Assembly: GCA_016192455.1 (NCBI GenBank)
Contig: JACPUC010000001.1
Coordinates: 186,001 to 250,000, forward strand
Length of the DNA stretch: 64,000 nt
Source of the DNA: Candidatus Tectimicrobiota bacterium
Lineage (GTDB): Bacteria; JACPUC01
Reading direction: 5' to 3'
Each line of letters starts with the position of its first letter. Within the stretch, counting starts at the first letter, position 1. The notes under the pieces were generated by a model. The model did not search any database. It had not been told where the DNA came from and saw only the letters and a list, made by a program, of their open reading frames with translations. The translations under genes and the position numbers were made by a program. Shown here piece by piece: positions 47,826 through 57,996 of this stretch.

Positions 47826-48707
47826 TTACAGATCCTGCGCCAGCCGCAGCCTGCCTATGGGGTGCCGGAGGTCCACCTGCGCGGCGAGCCGGTTCACGAA
47901 GGTATTGATGCGGATGACCCAACCCATGCGCTGGGAGGCCACAAAGGTACCCTGCGAGAGGCCCACCAGCTCGTAGACACCGTCACGAATCCCGAGCACC
48001 GGCGCGCCGCTGTCCCCCGGGTTCAAGCCGTTCGAGACCATGAAGGCATTCGCCGTCACCACATCGGCAGCGGAGACGATCTCCGGCACTTTCAGGGAGC
48101 TCACGATGCCTTCGCGCACGTTGATGCCGACATTCAACGGGTTGCCGACCAGGTAGACGTAGTTGCCGACCCGCAGATCATCACTGTTGCCGATCGGGTA
48201 CGGGAACGTCCTCAAGCGCAAGGAGGCCGGCGCCGCGAAGAGCGCGATATCCTCCCGCTCGTCAGCGTAAAGCCGCTGCAGGAGGTACTCCTTCCCCTCG
48301 TAGATCACGTATGTCTGTTCGCTCAGCTTCTCAGCGGGGATGACCACCGTGCCGAACGGGGTGCGAATCGAGATCGCCGCCTGCGACACGACGTGCTCCA
48401 CGGTCAACAGGTATCCCCCAGCCAGGGAGATGGCGACGCCGTACTGCGTGCTCGTCTCCAGCTCGCCCTCGGCGATACGGAAGGTGGACACCGTCTTCAG
48501 GCTATAGACCGACGCCGCCACGTCTTCCAGCCGCATGGCCGCCGGATCGACGAGGAAGGAGTTATGATCGTACTCTCCGTCCCGCAAGGTCTCGCGCAGA
48601 AGGACGAGCTGCTCCGCCTTCGAGCGCAGCGCCGCCTGCTGCGTCGCCATGCATCCGGACAGCACCAGGGCCAGGACAAGACTGAACACCACGGCCCAAC
48701 GTTTCAT
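47826..48707 (-). CDS. Trypsin-like serine protease lipoprotein
   Basis: Lipobox LSGC; LTVEHV, DIAL and PGDSGAP catalytic triad motifs. Confidence 0.85.
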   Translation of the reverse strand: MKRWAVVFSLVLALVLSGCMATQQAALRSKAEQLVLLRETLRDGEYDHNSFLVDPAAMRLEDVAASVYSLKTVSTFRIAEGELETSTQYGVAISLAGGYLLTVEHVVSQAAISIRTPFGTVVIPAEKLSEQTYVIYEGKEYLLQRLYADEREDIALFAAPASLRLRTFPYPIGNSDDLRVGNYVYLVGNPLNVGINVREGIVSSLKVPEIVSAADVVTANAFMVSNGLNPGDSGAPVLGIRDGVYELVGLSQGTFVASQRMGWVIRINTFVNRLAAQVDLRHPIGRLRLAQDL

Positions 48708-48746
48708 GTTCTCACCGCCTTCCTAACCAGGATCATCCGCTGGAAC

Positions 48747-48762
48747 AGCAAAGCTCGTGCCA
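48747..48762 (-). promoter_or_regulatory. Sigma54 (-24/-12) promoter
   Basis: TGGCAC-GAGCT-TTGCT on the minus strand, about 40 bp upstream of the protease ATG, followed upstream by an AT-rich tract. Confidence 0.75.
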
Positions 48763-48889
48763 GAGTCAAGGGATGAACCTAATCTTTCTCTCCTACTTTA
48801 TAATATTGGTTCCTGGCAAAATATTTCAATAAAGCTTCAGAAATTTTCATATTCACCTTAATTTTCGTAGGACAATCACAAAATCTCTC

Positions 48890-48918
48890 TTGATTTCTTC
48901 AGAACCTCCTATGATAAT
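48890..48918 (+). promoter_or_regulatory. Putative sigma70 promoter for the Lrp gene
   Basis: TTGATT-N17-GATAAT in the AT-rich intergenic region. Confidence 0.45.
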
Positions 48919-49130
48919 AGACGGCCAAAAAGGGAGTATATTGAGAAGAGGGGGGAAAATTTGTCTCGCTCGCGGAAGGATGTCCCCAGCGGGGCGCGGC
49001 AGCCGCCTTCGTGGGGGAGCAACGCAGGGCTGGCAAGGCGCGGCGTTCCGGAAGGGGGAGGAGACTCCCGCCCGGGGTTTCTGGAAGCCGCTGTCGGCGC
49101 GCGGCTACCTGCGAAGGGAGGGAAGCTTCC

Positions 49131-49715
49131 ATGGACGCCATCGACAAGAAGATCCTCGCGCTGCTTCAGAACGACGGCAAACGCACCCATGTCGAGATCG
49201 CGCGCTCGGTGAATCTCTCGCCGCCCTCCGTGCTGGAGCGCATCAGGAAGCTCTTGAGCACCGGCATCATCCGCCGTTTCACCGTTCTCCTCGATCCCAA
49301 GAAGGTCGGCAATGCGCTGACCGCCTTCGTGCATGTGCGGATCACCGATCCGCGCTGCGATGAGCAGTTCGTCCAGTGCATCCTGGCGCAGGAGGAGGTG
49401 CTGGAGTGCCACCGGGTCACCGGGGACTACTCCTACCTGCTGAAGGTGAAGACCGGCTCGACGGAGGACCTCAACAGCCTCATCGCGCACTGCATCCGCA
49501 GCATCGAGGGGGTGACGAGCACCTCCATCAACGTGGTTCTGGAGAGTGCCAAGGAAGAGCCCGGCATCAGCCTGAAGTACTGCCACCTCGATCCCTCGAG
49601 CGGGCGCAACGCGAACCCTCGCGCCACCAGGAAGACGGAGCGGGCGGAAAACCCCAAGCGCGCCGCGGGACGCGCGCAGGAGAGGCCAGCGGCGGGAGGC
49701 GCCGAAAGGTCATGA
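49131..49715 (+). CDS. Lrp/AsnC family transcriptional regulator
   Basis: MDAIDKKIL, LSPPSVLERIRKL HTH, ECHRVTGDYSYLLKV. Confidence 0.93.
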   Translation: MDAIDKKILALLQNDGKRTHVEIARSVNLSPPSVLERIRKLLSTGIIRRFTVLLDPKKVGNALTAFVHVRITDPRCDEQFVQCILAQEEVLECHRVTGDYSYLLKVKTGSTEDLNSLIAHCIRSIEGVTSTSINVVLESAKEEPGISLKYCHLDPSSGRNANPRATRKTERAENPKRAAGRAQERPAAGGAERS

Positions 49716-49935
49716 AGCGCCGCCCAATCGGGCGCGCCCTGTCGGCGTCCAGACTGACGTACCAAGTCGTGGGGATGCTCGGTCCCGCCGTCTCATCGCA
49801 GGCTGAGGAGGGAGCACGCGGGGAGGGAGTGGGGGTGGTTTCAGTCGCGGGATGCTGGGGGAGAGGGTCGTCGAGCGGGCGCTCGCCTGCCCGGCGCACA
49901 CACGACGTCTTGGGTGTGACTTGGGAGATGCCGCC

Positions 49936-50856
49936 TTACTCCTCCTCGAAGAGGGCGGCGAGGAATTCTTCGGCCACGAACGGCTGCAGGTCGCGCAGAC
50001 CCTCGCCGACGCCGACAAACCGAACCGGCAACCTCAGCCGTTCGATGATATTGACGATCACCCCTCCTTTCGCCGTGCCATCGAGCTTTGTGAGGGCCAA
50101 CCCGGTGACGCCGAGCTCACGGCTGAACTGCTCGGCCTGCTGCACCGCGTTCTGACCGTTCGTTGCATCGAGGACCAGGAGCACCTCGTGCGGCGCCCTC
50201 TCCATCTGCTTCCGCAGGACACGCTTGTTCTTCTTCAGCTCTTCCATGAGGTTGACGCGCGTGTGCAGGCGCCCCGCCGTATCGGCGATGAGGAGATCGA
50301 CGCCGCGGGCCCGCGCCGCCTGCAGCGCATCGAAGAGGACGGCCGAGGAGTCGGCGCCAGCCTGGTGTTTCACCAAGTCCACCTGCGCCCGCGTCCCCCA
50401 CACCTCGAGCTGCTCGATCGCCGCCGCCCGGAACGTATCGCCGGCGGCCAGGAGCACCTTCTTCCCCTCGCCCCGATAGTGCGCCGCCAGCTTGGCGATC
50501 GTGGTGGTCTTGCCGACGCCGTTGACGCCGATGACCATGATGACGAACGGGCGCTCGCGGTCCACCTCGAGCGGCGCCTCGCCGGCCCGCAGAATTTCCC
50601 CGATCATCTCGCGCATGGCCGCAGTGAGGCGCGCGGCATCGAAGCGCTCGCCGCCCTCGGTGCGACGCCGCAGACCGTCGATCAGGCGCGTCACGGTGTG
50701 CACCCCGAGGTCCGCCGCGATAAGCAGCTCCTCGAGCTCCTCGAGGCTCGCCGCGTCAATGACCCCCCCGCGGCTGAGCACGTGGCGCATCCGTCCTAAC
50801 AGGCTGGCCCGCGTCTTCCCTAGGCCCTCCTTCAGTTTTGCGAAGAAGCCGGTCAT
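49936..50856 (-). CDS. ftsY: Signal recognition particle receptor
   Basis: GVNGVGKTTT, DTFRAAA, DTAGR, TKLDGTAKGG. Confidence 0.97.
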   Translation of the reverse strand: MTGFFAKLKEGLGKTRASLLGRMRHVLSRGGVIDAASLEELEELLIAADLGVHTVTRLIDGLRRRTEGGERFDAARLTAAMREMIGEILRAGEAPLEVDRERPFVIMVIGVNGVGKTTTIAKLAAHYRGEGKKVLLAAGDTFRAAAIEQLEVWGTRAQVDLVKHQAGADSSAVLFDALQAARARGVDLLIADTAGRLHTRVNLMEELKKNKRVLRKQMERAPHEVLLVLDATNGQNAVQQAEQFSRELGVTGLALTKLDGTAKGGVIVNIIERLRLPVRFVGVGEGLRDLQPFVAEEFLAALFEEE

Positions 50857-50899
50857 CGCTGCCGCGTCACTCCGTCGTCGCCCGCCGCCCCCGCCGACC

Positions 50900-53800
50900 T
50901 CAGGCCGCCGCGCCCGCCGTTTCTTCGCGGACAAAGCTCACCGACACCACCTTGGAAACCCCCTGCTCCTCCATGGTCACGCCGTAGAGCGCGTCGGCGT
51001 AGCTCATCGTGCGGCGGTTATGGGTGACGATGAGGAACTGCGTCTGCTCGGTGAGCTCCGCGAGGAGGTCAAGGAAGCGCGTGACGTTCGATTCGTCGAG
51101 CGGCGCGTCCACCTCGTCCATGATGCAGAACGGCGCCGGTCGCACCAGGAACACCGCCAGGAGCAGAGCGATGGCGGCCATCGCCTTCTCGCCCGCGGAG
51201 AGCAGGCTGATGTTTTGCAGGCGTTTGCCCGCCGGCTGCGCCATAATCTCCAGGCCGGTCTCCCAGATGTCCTCGAGGTTGGTGAGCTGCAGATCAGACT
51301 CGCCGCCGTTCGAGAGCTTGGCGTAGACGCCGCGGAACTGCGCGCGCACTTGCTCGAAGGCCGCCAGGAAGCGCTCCCGCGTGCTTTGGGTGATCTTGCG
51401 CAGGGCGCGGTGGAGGGCCTGCACCGATTTCTCCAGGTCGTTGTGCTGCGCCTGCAGGAAGGTGTAGCGCGCCTCCAGCTCTTCGAACTCCTGGAGCGCC
51501 GCCAGGTTCACCTCCCCCATTGCCTGGAGGGCGTCGCGCAGCTCCGGCAACCGCGCCGTGGCGCCGGCCAGTTCCTCCTGGCCGAGCCTCGCCTCCGCCA
51601 GCGCCTCCTCGATGCCGCGGCGGTACTCATCGAGGCAGCGCTGCGCCCTGTGCTGCGCTTGCGCGCCCAGCTCCGAGCGGCGCACCGCGTGGCCGCTCGC
51701 CTCCTCGCGCGCCGCGTCGAGGTCGGCCTGGGCGCCGCGGCGTTCGCGCTCGTGCTGCTCGAGCGCGGCGCGCTTCATGGCAAGGTCGTCGTCCCGCGCC
51801 GTCACCTGGGCGCGCCGCGTCGCCGCCTCCGCCAGGTGCTCGTGCAGCGCCAGGGTCGCCTCCTCGAGGTGGTGCGCGTGGCTGGCAAGGCGCGCCTCGG
51901 CGTCGCGGAGCTGCTGCTGCTGAGCCGCCGCCTGCTCCTGAACGTAGGCGAGCCGATCGCGTCGCCGCGTCCACTCGAGTTCGAGGCTGCTGAGCGCCGC
52001 CCGCCGTTCCGCCACCGAGGTCTGCGCGGCGTGCGCCGCGGCGGCATGGGCCTCGAGTTGGGCGTCGAGGTCGCGGAGCCGCGCCTCCCCGCCGGCGATG
52101 TCGGCCTGCCGGTCGCGATGCCGCGCCGCCGCCGCCGCGAGCTCCTCATCCAGCGCCTGGAGCTGCTGATCGAGGGTGGAACGCTCCTCGCCTGCTTGCC
52201 GCGCCTCGAAGGCCACCACCGCCAGGTGCTCCTCGTCCCGCTTCACCTCGGCTTCGAGGCGCTCGAGGTCGCGCTGGCGGCCGCCGATCTCCTCCTCGAG
52301 ACGGCGCAGCGCCGCCTCCATCTCCTGGGTCTGCGCCTGGGTTGCCTGGCGCTCAGCCTCGGCGGCCTGGAGCTGCTCCTCCAGGGTCCGCAGCCGCCCG
52401 TCCTCGGCGGCAATGCTCCGGCGCAGTTCCTGGAGCTGCCGCCGGCGCGCCAGGATGCCGGCGCTCTCCGAGCCGCTGCGCCCGCCGCTGACGATGCCGT
52501 TGGCATGGACGATCTCGGCGTCGCGGGTCACATACGTCACGCCGCGCCCATTCAAGGGCCCCTGCGACCGCCAGAAGCGCAGCCCGCTCTCCAGGTCCTC
52601 GACGATCATCACGTGACCGAGGAGGAAGCGCACCAGGGGCCGCACCTCGTCGCTGCAGCGCACGAACGAGAGCGCCGGCCCCACGCAGCCGTCGCGCGCC
52701 AGGGGATGACCATTCGGCGCCGCCAGCGGTTCCCGCAGCAGCTCCTTGGGGATGAAGGCGCTGCGACCGGCGGCCTGCTCCTTCAGGTAGGCGATGGCCC
52801 GCACCGCCGCCGCGGTGTCCTCGGCGAGGATGGTTTGCAGGTGTTCTCCCAGCACCGCCTCGACGGCGCGCTCGAACTCCACCGGCACCTCGAGGAAGTC
52901 CGCCACCACGCCGAGGAGACCCTCCAGCCGCTGCGCCTCGCCCGACGCCGCGCCGTCGCCGGATTGGCCGGCTTCCCCGCCGCCGTTGCCTGCTGAGGCG
53001 CCGCCGCGGGCGGGCGTTGCCGCCGAGCCGTTCGAGGAGGTCCCCAAAAGGGCCTGGACGCCGGCATTGTAGTCCTGGCGGCTGGCGAAGAGGTCTTCCA
53101 GGGTGGCGCGCTGCGCGCGGGCTTCGAGGAGCATGGCGGTGAGGCGCTGGCGCCGCCCTCGCAGAGCGTCAAGGCGAGCGTCGCACTCGGCCAGGCGCGC
53201 CGCGGCCTCCTGCCGGCGGCGGTGCTGCTCGGTCTGTTGCTCCCGCAGCGCGGCGGCCTGGCTTCTCTGCTGGTCCAGCGCGAGCGCCAGCGACGCCAGG
53301 CGCGCCGCGGCGGCGTCCTGCTCCCGCGTCAGCTTCTCGCCGCGCCGCAGGAGGAGGGTGCGTTGCGTCTCCAGGGCGGTGCGCTGGTTGCGCAGCTCGG
53401 CGATCTCCCCAAGGAGCCGCAGAAGGTGGCGCTGGCACTCCTCCAGGTGCTGGCTGGCGGCGCGGCGTTGGTCGCTGAGGTGGCGGGACGCCGCCTGCTG
53501 CTCCCGCAGCCGCTCGTCGCTCTCTTCGAGGGCGGCCCGTGCCGCCGCAACTCCTGCCTGCCGCCGACGCACCTCGGCCTCCAGCTCGGCCGCCTCATCA
53601 CCCAGCCGCGCGCTGTCGGCGCGCAGCCCATCGGCGCGGCTGCGCTCCTCGGCGAGCTGCTCCTGCAAGGTGCTCCGCTGGTGCTCGCAGGTGTCGGCGG
53701 CGCGCTCCACGCGGGCGAGGTGCTCACGCTGCTCCCTGAGCTGATGCTCCAGCTCATCCGCCGTTTGCCGCAGTTCCTCGGCGCGCCGCTCTCCCTCGGC

Positions 53801-54601
53801 CAGGCGTCTTGCCAGGTGCGCCTCGCGCCCCTTGCTGTCGTAGTAAGCGCGCTCCACCGCCCGCAGCTCGTCGCGCAGGCGGTCGTACTCTTGCGCCAGC
53901 ACCCCAAGATCGAGCCGCCGCAGCTCCTCCTGCAGGTGACGGTAGCGCTCCGCCTTCTTCGCCTGGCGGTTCAGGGAGTTGCGCTGCCGACGCACCTCCT
54001 CGAGGATGTCGAGGACGCGCAGCAGGTTGGCTTCGGTCGCTTCCAGCTTGCGCAGCGCTATGGTCTTGCGGTGTTTGAACTTGGCGATGCCGGCGACTTC
54101 TTCGAGCAGGAAGCGCCGATCCAGCGGCTTGGCGTTGATGATCGCGTCAATGTGCCCCTGCTCCATGAGCGACAGCATCTGCGGCGTCACCGCATGGCCC
54201 GCCAGGAGATCGACGATGTCCTTCAGGCGGCAGGTGATGTTGTTGAGGAGGTACTCGCTCTCGCCGGAGCGGAAGAGCCGCCGTGTGACGCGAAGTTCGC
54301 TCAACTCACGGAAACCGGGGAGGCCGGTGAAGCGACCCTCCTCGTTGTTGATCACCAGGGTCACCTCGGAGCGCCCAAGTGGCTTGCGCACCTCCGCCCC
54401 GCTGAAGATGACATCCTCCATTCTTTGGCCGCGCAGGCTCTTGGCGCTCTGCTCCCCAAGCACCCAGCGGATGGCATCGGCAACGTTGCTCTTGCCGCAG
54501 CCGTTCGGACCGACAATGCACGTAATGCCGCCATTGAACAGCAACGCGGTCTTCTCGGCGAAAGACTTGAAGCCGTTGAGTTCTAGGCTTTTCAGGAACA
54601 C
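50900..54601 (-). CDS. smc: Chromosome segregation protein SMC
   Basis: GFKSF, GPNGCGKSN, coiled coils, hinge, LSAGEK, DEVDAPLD. Confidence 0.97.
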   Translation of the reverse strand: MFLKSLELNGFKSFAEKTALLFNGGITCIVGPNGCGKSNVADAIRWVLGEQSAKSLRGQRMEDVIFSGAEVRKPLGRSEVTLVINNEEGRFTGLPGFRELSELRVTRRLFRSGESEYLLNNITCRLKDIVDLLAGHAVTPQMLSLMEQGHIDAIINAKPLDRRFLLEEVAGIAKFKHRKTIALRKLEATEANLLRVLDILEEVRRQRNSLNRQAKKAERYRHLQEELRRLDLGVLAQEYDRLRDELRAVERAYYDSKGREAHLARRLAEGERRAEELRQTADELEHQLREQREHLARVERAADTCEHQRSTLQEQLAEERSRADGLRADSARLGDEAAELEAEVRRRQAGVAAARAALEESDERLREQQAASRHLSDQRRAASQHLEECQRHLLRLLGEIAELRNQRTALETQRTLLLRRGEKLTREQDAAAARLASLALALDQQRSQAAALREQQTEQHRRRQEAAARLAECDARLDALRGRRQRLTAMLLEARAQRATLEDLFASRQDYNAGVQALLGTSSNGSAATPARGGASAGNGGGEAGQSGDGAASGEAQRLEGLLGVVADFLEVPVEFERAVEAVLGEHLQTILAEDTAAAVRAIAYLKEQAAGRSAFIPKELLREPLAAPNGHPLARDGCVGPALSFVRCSDEVRPLVRFLLGHVMIVEDLESGLRFWRSQGPLNGRGVTYVTRDAEIVHANGIVSGGRSGSESAGILARRRQLQELRRSIAAEDGRLRTLEEQLQAAEAERQATQAQTQEMEAALRRLEEEIGGRQRDLERLEAEVKRDEEHLAVVAFEARQAGEERSTLDQQLQALDEELAAAAARHRDRQADIAGGEARLRDLDAQLEAHAAAAHAAQTSVAERRAALSSLELEWTRRRDRLAYVQEQAAAQQQQLRDAEARLASHAHHLEEATLALHEHLAEAATRRAQVTARDDDLAMKRAALEQHERERRGAQADLDAAREEASGHAVRRSELGAQAQHRAQRCLDEYRRGIEEALAEARLGQEELAGATARLPELRDALQAMGEVNLAALQEFEELEARYTFLQAQHNDLEKSVQALHRALRKITQSTRERFLAAFEQVRAQFRGVYAKLSNGGESDLQLTNLEDIWETGLEIMAQPAGKRLQNISLLSAGEKAMAAIALLLAVFLVRPAPFCIMDEVDAPLDESNVTRFLDLLAELTEQTQFLIVTHNRRTMSYADALYGVTMEEQGVSKVVSVSFVREETAGAAA

Positions 54602-54880
54602 GCTAGCCTCCGCCGTCAGGACGTGCGGAAGGGGTGGGCCTCAGCCGGCGCCGCTGCTTCGACATTCATCCCGGGCGCCGGAGAGGCGCGCTACGGCTCC
54701 GTTCTCGTGGCGCACACTGGACGCCTCCGCAGAGCGGGGATTGCCGGCCCGGCACCGCCGGCTTGTCGGCGCGGCTCTCCAGAAGAAATCTCCAGCAGCC
54801 TCGACGCCCGCGAAACTCTCCACAGCCAGGGCCAAGGTACGCTCCCCGGGGATGGTCAAGGACCTCCTCAATCTTCTTCC

Positions 54881-54927
54881 TTACCACATTTCGTGGTGAG
54901 AGGGAAGAGGAATACAACATCTAGGGG
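54881..54927. promoter_or_regulatory. Tandem NrdR-like boxes
   Basis: TTACCACATTTCGTGG (54881) and ATACAACATCTAGGGG (54912), 31 bp apart start to start. Confidence 0.55.
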
Positions 54928-54931
54928 GCCC

Positions 54932-55762
54932 CTATGGTGATGCGTCATCTGCCAGAATCCCCAGGTTGTGCAGGGCCCCCAGGGCGGCGGCCTGCTCGGC
55001 CCCTTTTCGAGAGGTGCCGCGACCGCTGCCACGGCAGGTCTCTCCCAGCCGCACGGCGACCTCGAACTGCTTCGCATGGTCGGGCCCGCTGACCGTCAGG
55101 ATGGTGTAGACCGGAGTGTCACCGTAGCGCTGCTGACAGTACTCCTGCAGTCGGCTCTTGTAGTCGACGGGAAGACCGCGTTGCAGCACCTCCCCGAAGC
55201 TCCGCTCCAGCCAGCCGAGGGCGACGCGGCGCGTGGTCGCCAAGCCGGCATCGAGGTAGATCGCCGCGATGAGCGCCTCAACGGCATTTGCCAGTAGGGA
55301 AACCTTGCGTCGCCCGCCGCTGCGCTCCTCTCCTCGCCCGACCCGCAGGTAGGCGCCGATTTTCAACATGCGGGCCAGGCGCACGAGGCTGTCGCGCCCC
55401 ACGCAGGCCGAGCGGAAGCGTGTGAGCTGGCCCTCGTCGTAGTGCGGGAAGCGCTGCACCGCGTAGTCGCTGACGAGGAGCTCGAGGACTGCGTCGCCGA
55501 GGAACTCGAGGACCTCATTGCTCGCCACGGCCAAGAAGCCGGTGCCCTGGCCGGTTGCCGACTCCGGGAGGGCGGCTGGCGACCCCCCCGTCTCCGGCGC
55601 GCTGGCGGCTTCCCCGGGCCGGTCCGCCGCCGGGGCGGCAAGAGCAGTCTGCTCGTGGGCATACGAGGCGTGGGTGAGCGCCTGTTCGAGGAGCGCCTGG
55701 TTCTGGAACCTGTAACCAAGCTCCGCCTCGAGCGCCTGCAGATCAGTGTCGGGTGCCAGCAT
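54932..55762 (-). CDS. rnc: Ribonuclease III
   Basis: ALTHAS, NEVLEFLGDAVL, EALIAAIYLD, dsRBD DYKSRLQE...GPDH. Confidence 0.95.
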   Translation of the reverse strand: MLAPDTDLQALEAELGYRFQNQALLEQALTHASYAHEQTALAAPAADRPGEAASAPETGGSPAALPESATGQGTGFLAVASNEVLEFLGDAVLELLVSDYAVQRFPHYDEGQLTRFRSACVGRDSLVRLARMLKIGAYLRVGRGEERSGGRRKVSLLANAVEALIAAIYLDAGLATTRRVALGWLERSFGEVLQRGLPVDYKSRLQEYCQQRYGDTPVYTILTVSGPDHAKQFEVAVRLGETCRGSGRGTSRKGAEQAAALGALHNLGILADDASP

Positions 55763-55861
55763 GGGCGGACCCCTCTGCACGCGGCCGGTGGCCTGCGTCT
55801 CGCCGGCGGGGCGCAAGAAGAACCCTCCCCGCACGTCGGCGCCGGCCCGGCCCAGCGGCCC

Positions 55862-57127
55862 TCATCGCGCCGTCCTCTCCACACGCCGGAAGAGCAGGCT
55901 GCCGTTGGTGCCGCCGAAGCCGTAGGAATTGGTCAGGGCGGTCTCGAAACGCGCCGCGCGGGCTTCGTTCGGCACATAGTCGAGATCGCAGTCGGGGTCG
56001 GGCTCCTCGTAGTTGATCGTCGGCGGCAGCACTTGGTGGCGCAGGCTGAGGACGGTGATCACCGCCTCCACCGCCCCCGCCGCGCCCAGGGAGTGCCCCA
56101 ACATCGACTTGTTCGCCGTCACCGTCAGGGAGGCGGCATGGGGGCCGAACACCTGCTTCAGGGCGAGGGTCTCGTTGCGGTCGTTGTAAGGTGTGGAGGT
56201 GCCATGGGCGTTGATGTGGGAGACCGCCGAGGGCTCGAGGCCGGCATCGGCCAGGGCGAGCTGCATGGCGGCGGCGGGACCGGCGGCCTCGGGGTCGGGC
56301 TGGGTCAGGTGATAAGCGTCGGCGCTGGCGCCATAGCCGAGAAGCTCGGCATACATGGGGGCGCCCCGCCGCCGGGCATGCTCGAGCTCCTCGAGAATGA
56401 GCACTCCTGATCCCTCCGCCATGACAAACCCGTCGCGCTTGCGGTCGAAGGGACGGCTGGCCCCCTGCGGGTTGTCGTTGCGCTGCGAGAGCGCCCGCAA
56501 GGCGCAGAAGCCGGCGATGCATACCGGGGTCAACGGCGCTTCGCTGCCACCGGCGACCATCGCCTCCGCGCGGCCGCTGCGCAGGTGCAGGAGCGCCTCG
56601 CCGATGGCGTGGGTCCCCGAGGTGCAGGCCGTGGAGTGATTGAGGTTGACGCCGCGGATGCCATGACGGATGGCGATGTGGCCGGCGGCCATGTTCCCCA
56701 GCAGCATGGGAATGAAATAGGGGGAGACCTTCTTGTAGCCGCCGGCGTGGAAGCGTTCGTAGGCCGTTTCGATGGCCTGCACGCCGCCGAACGCCGTGCC
56801 GATGCAAACGCCGACGCGCAGGGCGTTCGCCGCTGAGATGCTCAGGCGGGCGTCCTGCAGCGCTTCATCGGCGGCGGCGACGGCGAGCTGGATGAAGCGG
56901 TCGGTGTGCCGCGCCTCCTTGGCGTCGAGCACGCGGAGCGGGTCGAAGTCGTGCGCCTCGCCCGCCATCTGACTCGGCAGGGCGGACGGATCGAAGCGCG
57001 TCAGGCGCGTGATGCCGGGTTTGCCGGCGAGGAGGTTTTGCCAGGTCGTCGGCACATCAGTCCCCAGCGGCGTGACGAGGCCAAGTCCCGTGACGACCAC
57101 CCGGCGCTGAGCAGGCGATGTCGGCAT
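55862..57127 (-). CDS. fabF: 3-oxoacyl-ACP synthase II
   Basis: RRVVVTGLG, STACTSG, NAHGTST, GHSLGAAG. Confidence 0.96.
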   Translation of the reverse strand: MPTSPAQRRVVVTGLGLVTPLGTDVPTTWQNLLAGKPGITRLTRFDPSALPSQMAGEAHDFDPLRVLDAKEARHTDRFIQLAVAAADEALQDARLSISAANALRVGVCIGTAFGGVQAIETAYERFHAGGYKKVSPYFIPMLLGNMAAGHIAIRHGIRGVNLNHSTACTSGTHAIGEALLHLRSGRAEAMVAGGSEAPLTPVCIAGFCALRALSQRNDNPQGASRPFDRKRDGFVMAEGSGVLILEELEHARRRGAPMYAELLGYGASADAYHLTQPDPEAAGPAAAMQLALADAGLEPSAVSHINAHGTSTPYNDRNETLALKQVFGPHAASLTVTANKSMLGHSLGAAGAVEAVITVLSLRHQVLPPTINYEEPDPDCDLDYVPNEARAARFETALTNSYGFGGTNGSLLFRRVERTAR

Positions 57128-57579
57128 CTCTCTACTTTCGGGTCCACGCGAAGGACCCAGGATGTGTCAAGGGAGCAGGCAGCATCGACAGGGCGGGATG
57201 AGCGGGCGGCGTGCGCGTGGGAGGAAGGGGGAGAGAGGAGCGGCGGCCCGGCGCCTGCGCGCGAGATCCCCCTCCCCTTCCCGGGTCGCGGCTCATCAGC
57301 CGGGGTGAGTCGGGAACTCGCCGGGCCGGGGTAAACGGCCGGGGGCAGCCCGGCTCGAAGAGCTTGAACCCTTGGGAACCGCGGGCCGCGCCCGCCGCCC
57401 AGGGAGCCGCCGACCGAGCAGCCCTGCCGCGACAACCTGAAGGGTTTGCGGCAAGCCCGCCGCGCCGCCGCTGAAGGGACGACAGGGCAACGCCACGGCA
57501 TCCCTCGCCCTGGAGGGCCGCGAGCTCCTGCACCAGTCCTCCACCGGGCGACTCCCAGCGTCTCGAAGGAGGCCGCGCC

Positions 57580-57822
57580 TCAGGATGCCACATGCTCCTC
57601 GATGTACTTGATGGCGTCGCGCACGTTGAGGATTTTCTCCGCATCGTCATCGGCAATCTCGATATCGAACTCCTCCTCGAAGGCCATGACCAACTCCACG
57701 GTGTCCAGGGAGTCAGCGCCGAGATCCTCCACGAATGATGCCTCGGGCTTGACCTCCGCCGCGTCAACGCCGAGCTGCTCGACAATGATCTTCCTCACCC
57801 GCTCTTCGACGCTGGAACTCAT
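57580..57822 (-). CDS. acpP: Acyl carrier protein
   Basis: [20 protein letters not shown]. Confidence 0.97.
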   Translation of the reverse strand: MSSSVEERVRKIIVEQLGVDAAEVKPEASFVEDLGADSLDTVELVMAFEEEFDIEIADDDAEKILNVRDAIKYIEEHVAS

Positions 57823-57996
57823 TCTCGAACCTCCAGGAACACAGAACTCGATGCCGCGATTGCCCCGCCTGCCGTTGCCACCTCGTCCGCCGCCGCAAAC
57901 CACATGCCTGGCCGCCGGCGCGCAGCCGCTTGCGCGCCCGCCAGGGAGAACGTCTCCCGCCTCGGCGATGCCCGCCTGTTCCCCGCGCGGCGGGAA

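Noticed and set aside
48780-48960. AT-rich tract as a replication origin
   Set aside because: No DnaA boxes (TTATCCACA) seen; better explained as a divergent promoter region
50492-52996. 834-aa plus-strand ORF
   Set aside because: Antisense to smc/ftsY; no recognisable domain
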